From Gammaproteobacteria bacterium (GTDB lineage Bacteria > Pseudomonadota > Gammaproteobacteria > Poriferisulfidales > Poriferisulfidaceae), in assembly GCA_028819565.1 (NCBI GenBank), contig JAPPLD010000018.1:28927-92926 (forward strand): DNA of 64,000 nt, in the 5' to 3' direction. The notes beneath the pieces are model-generated. The model was given only the letters and a program-made list of their open reading frames with translations, had not been told where the DNA came from and did no database searches. Each line of letters opens with the position of its first letter. Position 1 is the stretch's first letter. Below, one piece after another: positions 62,223-64,000 of the stretch. The position numbers and the translations under genes were made by a program.

Positions 62223-63644
62223 ATGCAACCAACCTGGATTCCCAAGGCGCTCACCGTGGCGCTCGGCCTCATGATGGCATTCGCGCCGCTTCAGGCGCGC
62301 GAGCTGCCGGACTTCACCGACCTGATCGAGAAGAACGCGCCGGTCGTGGTCAACATCACCACGAGCCGCAATGTCGGGGGGTCCGCTTCCGGCAGGAACG
62401 CGCCGCAGGAGACCCCGGAGGATATGCCGGATTTCTTCCGCCGGTTCTTCGAGCAGATGCCGGAGGGCCAGCAGCAGCGTCCTCCGCAGCAGCGGCGCCA
62501 CGGCACCGGGTCCGGGATGATCTACTCCTCGGACGGCTACATCGTGACCAACCACCACGTGGTCGACGGGGCGGACGAGATCATCGTGAAGCTCAGCGAC
62601 AAGCGGGAATTCGTGGCGGAGAAGGTCGGATCCGACCCGCGCAGCGACCTGGCGTTGCTGAAGATCGATGCGGATGACCTGCCGACCGCGACGCTCGGCA
62701 ACTCGGAGGAACTGAAGGTCGGGCAGTGGGTGCTGGCCATCGGTTCGCCGTTCGGTTTCGAGCACTCGGTGACCGCCGGCATCGTCAGCGCCAAGGGGCG
62801 CAGCCTGCCGAGCGAGAACTACATCCCGTTCATCCAGACCGACGTGGCCATCAATCCCGGCAACTCCGGCGGGCCGCTGTTCGACATGGACGGGCGCGTG
62901 GTCGGCATCAACGCGCAGATCTACACCCGCACCGGCGGGTTCATGGGCCTGTCTTTCGCCATTCCGATCGACATGGTGTCGGAAGTGATCGCGCAGATCA
63001 AGAAAGACGGTCGCGTCGTGCGCGGCTGGCTCGGCGTGTACATCCAGGAGGTGACCCGCGACTTGGCCGAATCGTTCGGACTGGATCGCCCGAAAGGCGC
63101 AATCATTGCCGAAATCACCGAGGATGGCCCGGCGGATGAGGCTGGACTGGAGGCTGGCGACATCGTCCTGGAGTTCAACGGGAAGGAAGTGGAAAGTTCC
63201 AGCGCGTTGCCGCCGATGGTCGGGCAGGTGAAGCCCGGCGAGACGGTCAAGGTCGAGATTCTGCGCGGCGGCGAGCGCAAGACAATCAAGGTGACCCTGG
63301 GGCAGTTGCCGGACGATGGGGCGCCGATGGCAGTGCCGTCCGGGGATGAGGGACCGTCGGAGGAAGAGGAGATCCTGGGCATGCGCCTGGAGGAGATTTC
63401 GGAAGAGGTGCGCAAGAAGCGCAATCTTGGAGAAGGCGGCATCCAGGTGAAGGAAGTGACCGGGGATCCGGCGCGTTCCGCGGGCATCCAGAAGGGCGAT
63501 GTGATCCAGATGTTTGCCGGGGAAAAGATCGAGTCGCTGGAGGACTTCAAGGAAGCGGCGGAGGACCTTGAATCCGGGCAGCCGCAGCCGATCCTGGTGC
63601 AGCGCCAGCAGGGTTCGCGGTGGTTGGCGCTGACGCCTGAATAG
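62223..63644 (+). CDS. degP: DegP/MucD HtrA serine protease
   Basis: TNHHVV, DLALLK, INPGNSGGPL, two PDZ domains. Confidence 0.93.
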   Translation: MQPTWIPKALTVALGLMMAFAPLQARELPDFTDLIEKNAPVVVNITTSRNVGGSASGRNAPQETPEDMPDFFRRFFEQMPEGQQQRPPQQRRHGTGSGMIYSSDGYIVTNHHVVDGADEIIVKLSDKREFVAEKVGSDPRSDLALLKIDADDLPTATLGNSEELKVGQWVLAIGSPFGFEHSVTAGIVSAKGRSLPSENYIPFIQTDVAINPGNSGGPLFDMDGRVVGINAQIYTRTGGFMGLSFAIPIDMVSEVIAQIKKDGRVVRGWLGVYIQEVTRDLAESFGLDRPKGAIIAEITEDGPADEAGLEAGDIVLEFNGKEVESSSALPPMVGQVKPGETVKVEILRGGERKTIKVTLGQLPDDGAPMAVPSGDEGPSEEEEILGMRLEEISEEVRKKRNLGEGGIQVKEVTGDPARSAGIQKGDVIQMFAGEKIESLEDFKEAAEDLESGQPQPILVQRQQGSRWLALTPE

Positions 63645-63673
63645 AGGGGCGAGGCGCGTCGGAGGAGGCAATC

Positions 63674-63868
63674 ATGATGGATACGGTAACGATTCAGATT
63701 GTCTCGTTCCAGATGGCCGCACTGGTGGCAATCTTGGGCTTTCTTTGGAAGCTTCACCACGAAGTCGTCAATTTGCATAAGGACAATGCCGACCTGCGCG
63801 AGCGCATGGCGAGAGTGGAAGGTTTGCTGGAAGGCTTCGTCGGCCGCCCGCCAGAACCGCAATCCTGA
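63674..63868 (+). CDS. Small N-terminal TM coiled-coil protein, family member D
   Basis: GGAGGAGG SD; TM segment; LRERMARVEGLLEGF. Confidence 0.8.
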   Translation: MMDTVTIQIVSFQMAALVAILGFLWKLHHEVVNLHKDNADLRERMARVEGLLEGFVGRPPEPQS

Positions 63869-63891
63869 CCGGATAATTTTCAAGAGTTTGA

Positions 63892-63911
63892 CGCGAGTTG
63901 TAGAACTCGCG
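63892..63911. other. Hairpin downstream of member D (possible terminator or operator)
   Basis: CGCGAGTT-GTAG-AACTCGCG; no clear U-tract. Confidence 0.45.
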
Positions 63912-63962
63912 GGCTAGGATGTAGTCGGGGTGGAGATCGTGTCCGGAAGTGCCGGATGGCCA

Positions 63963-63971
63963 TGCTAGAAT
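63963..63971 (+). promoter_or_regulatory. Extended -10 for the next gene outside the window (lepA expected by synteny)
   Basis: TGCTAGAAT; GGGAGG at the window end. Confidence 0.45.
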
Positions 63972-64000
63972 CGCTTTCGACGCTCTCTGGACAGGGAGGT

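Overview
GC-rich gammaproteobacterial chromosome segment. The backbone is conserved core operons: cysM(3' end)-exonuclease; map-glnD-dapD-yffB-dapE; rpsB-tsf-pyrH-frr-uppS-cdsA-dxr-rseP-bamA-skp-lpxD-fabZ-lpxA; an inverted gnnA-gnnB-lpxB block; rnhB-dnaE-accA-tilS; pyrG-kdsA; yrbG-kdsD-kdsC-lptC/A(fused)-lptB and hpf-ptsN-rapZ-EIIA-HPr-EI-mgtE; orn; nadB; rpoE-rseA-rseB-degP. Accessory cassettes sit at five junctions with no integrase or transposase in the window: (1) vapBC + BsuBI/PstI-family R-M + frameshifted mrr between map and rpsB; (2) two small membrane coiled-coil genes + an orphan XRE antitoxin after lpxA; (3) an ankyrin protein + AbiE-type TA (toxin frameshifted) + orphan DUF433 exactly where rpoN normally lies; (4) Fic, a heptad-repeat protein, a steroid 5-alpha-reductase, an AAA+ ATPase and a YefM remnant; (5) a fourth small coiled-coil gene after degP. 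The best candidate for an undescribed system is the dispersed four-member family of small N-terminally anchored coiled-coil proteins. They share an ERMARVEGLLEG-type C-terminal motif, carry RhxxhE trimerisation motifs and differ in length largely by whole heptads. Other notable points: an LptC-LptA fusion, mrr broken by an apparent 4-bp duplication beside a PstI-like methylase, repeated toxin loss with antitoxins retained, and two divergent genes sharing one CATG. The accessory content suggests a host-associated (e.g. marine invertebrate) symbiont, which is inference. All calls come from motif recognition by eye; no database searches were run.
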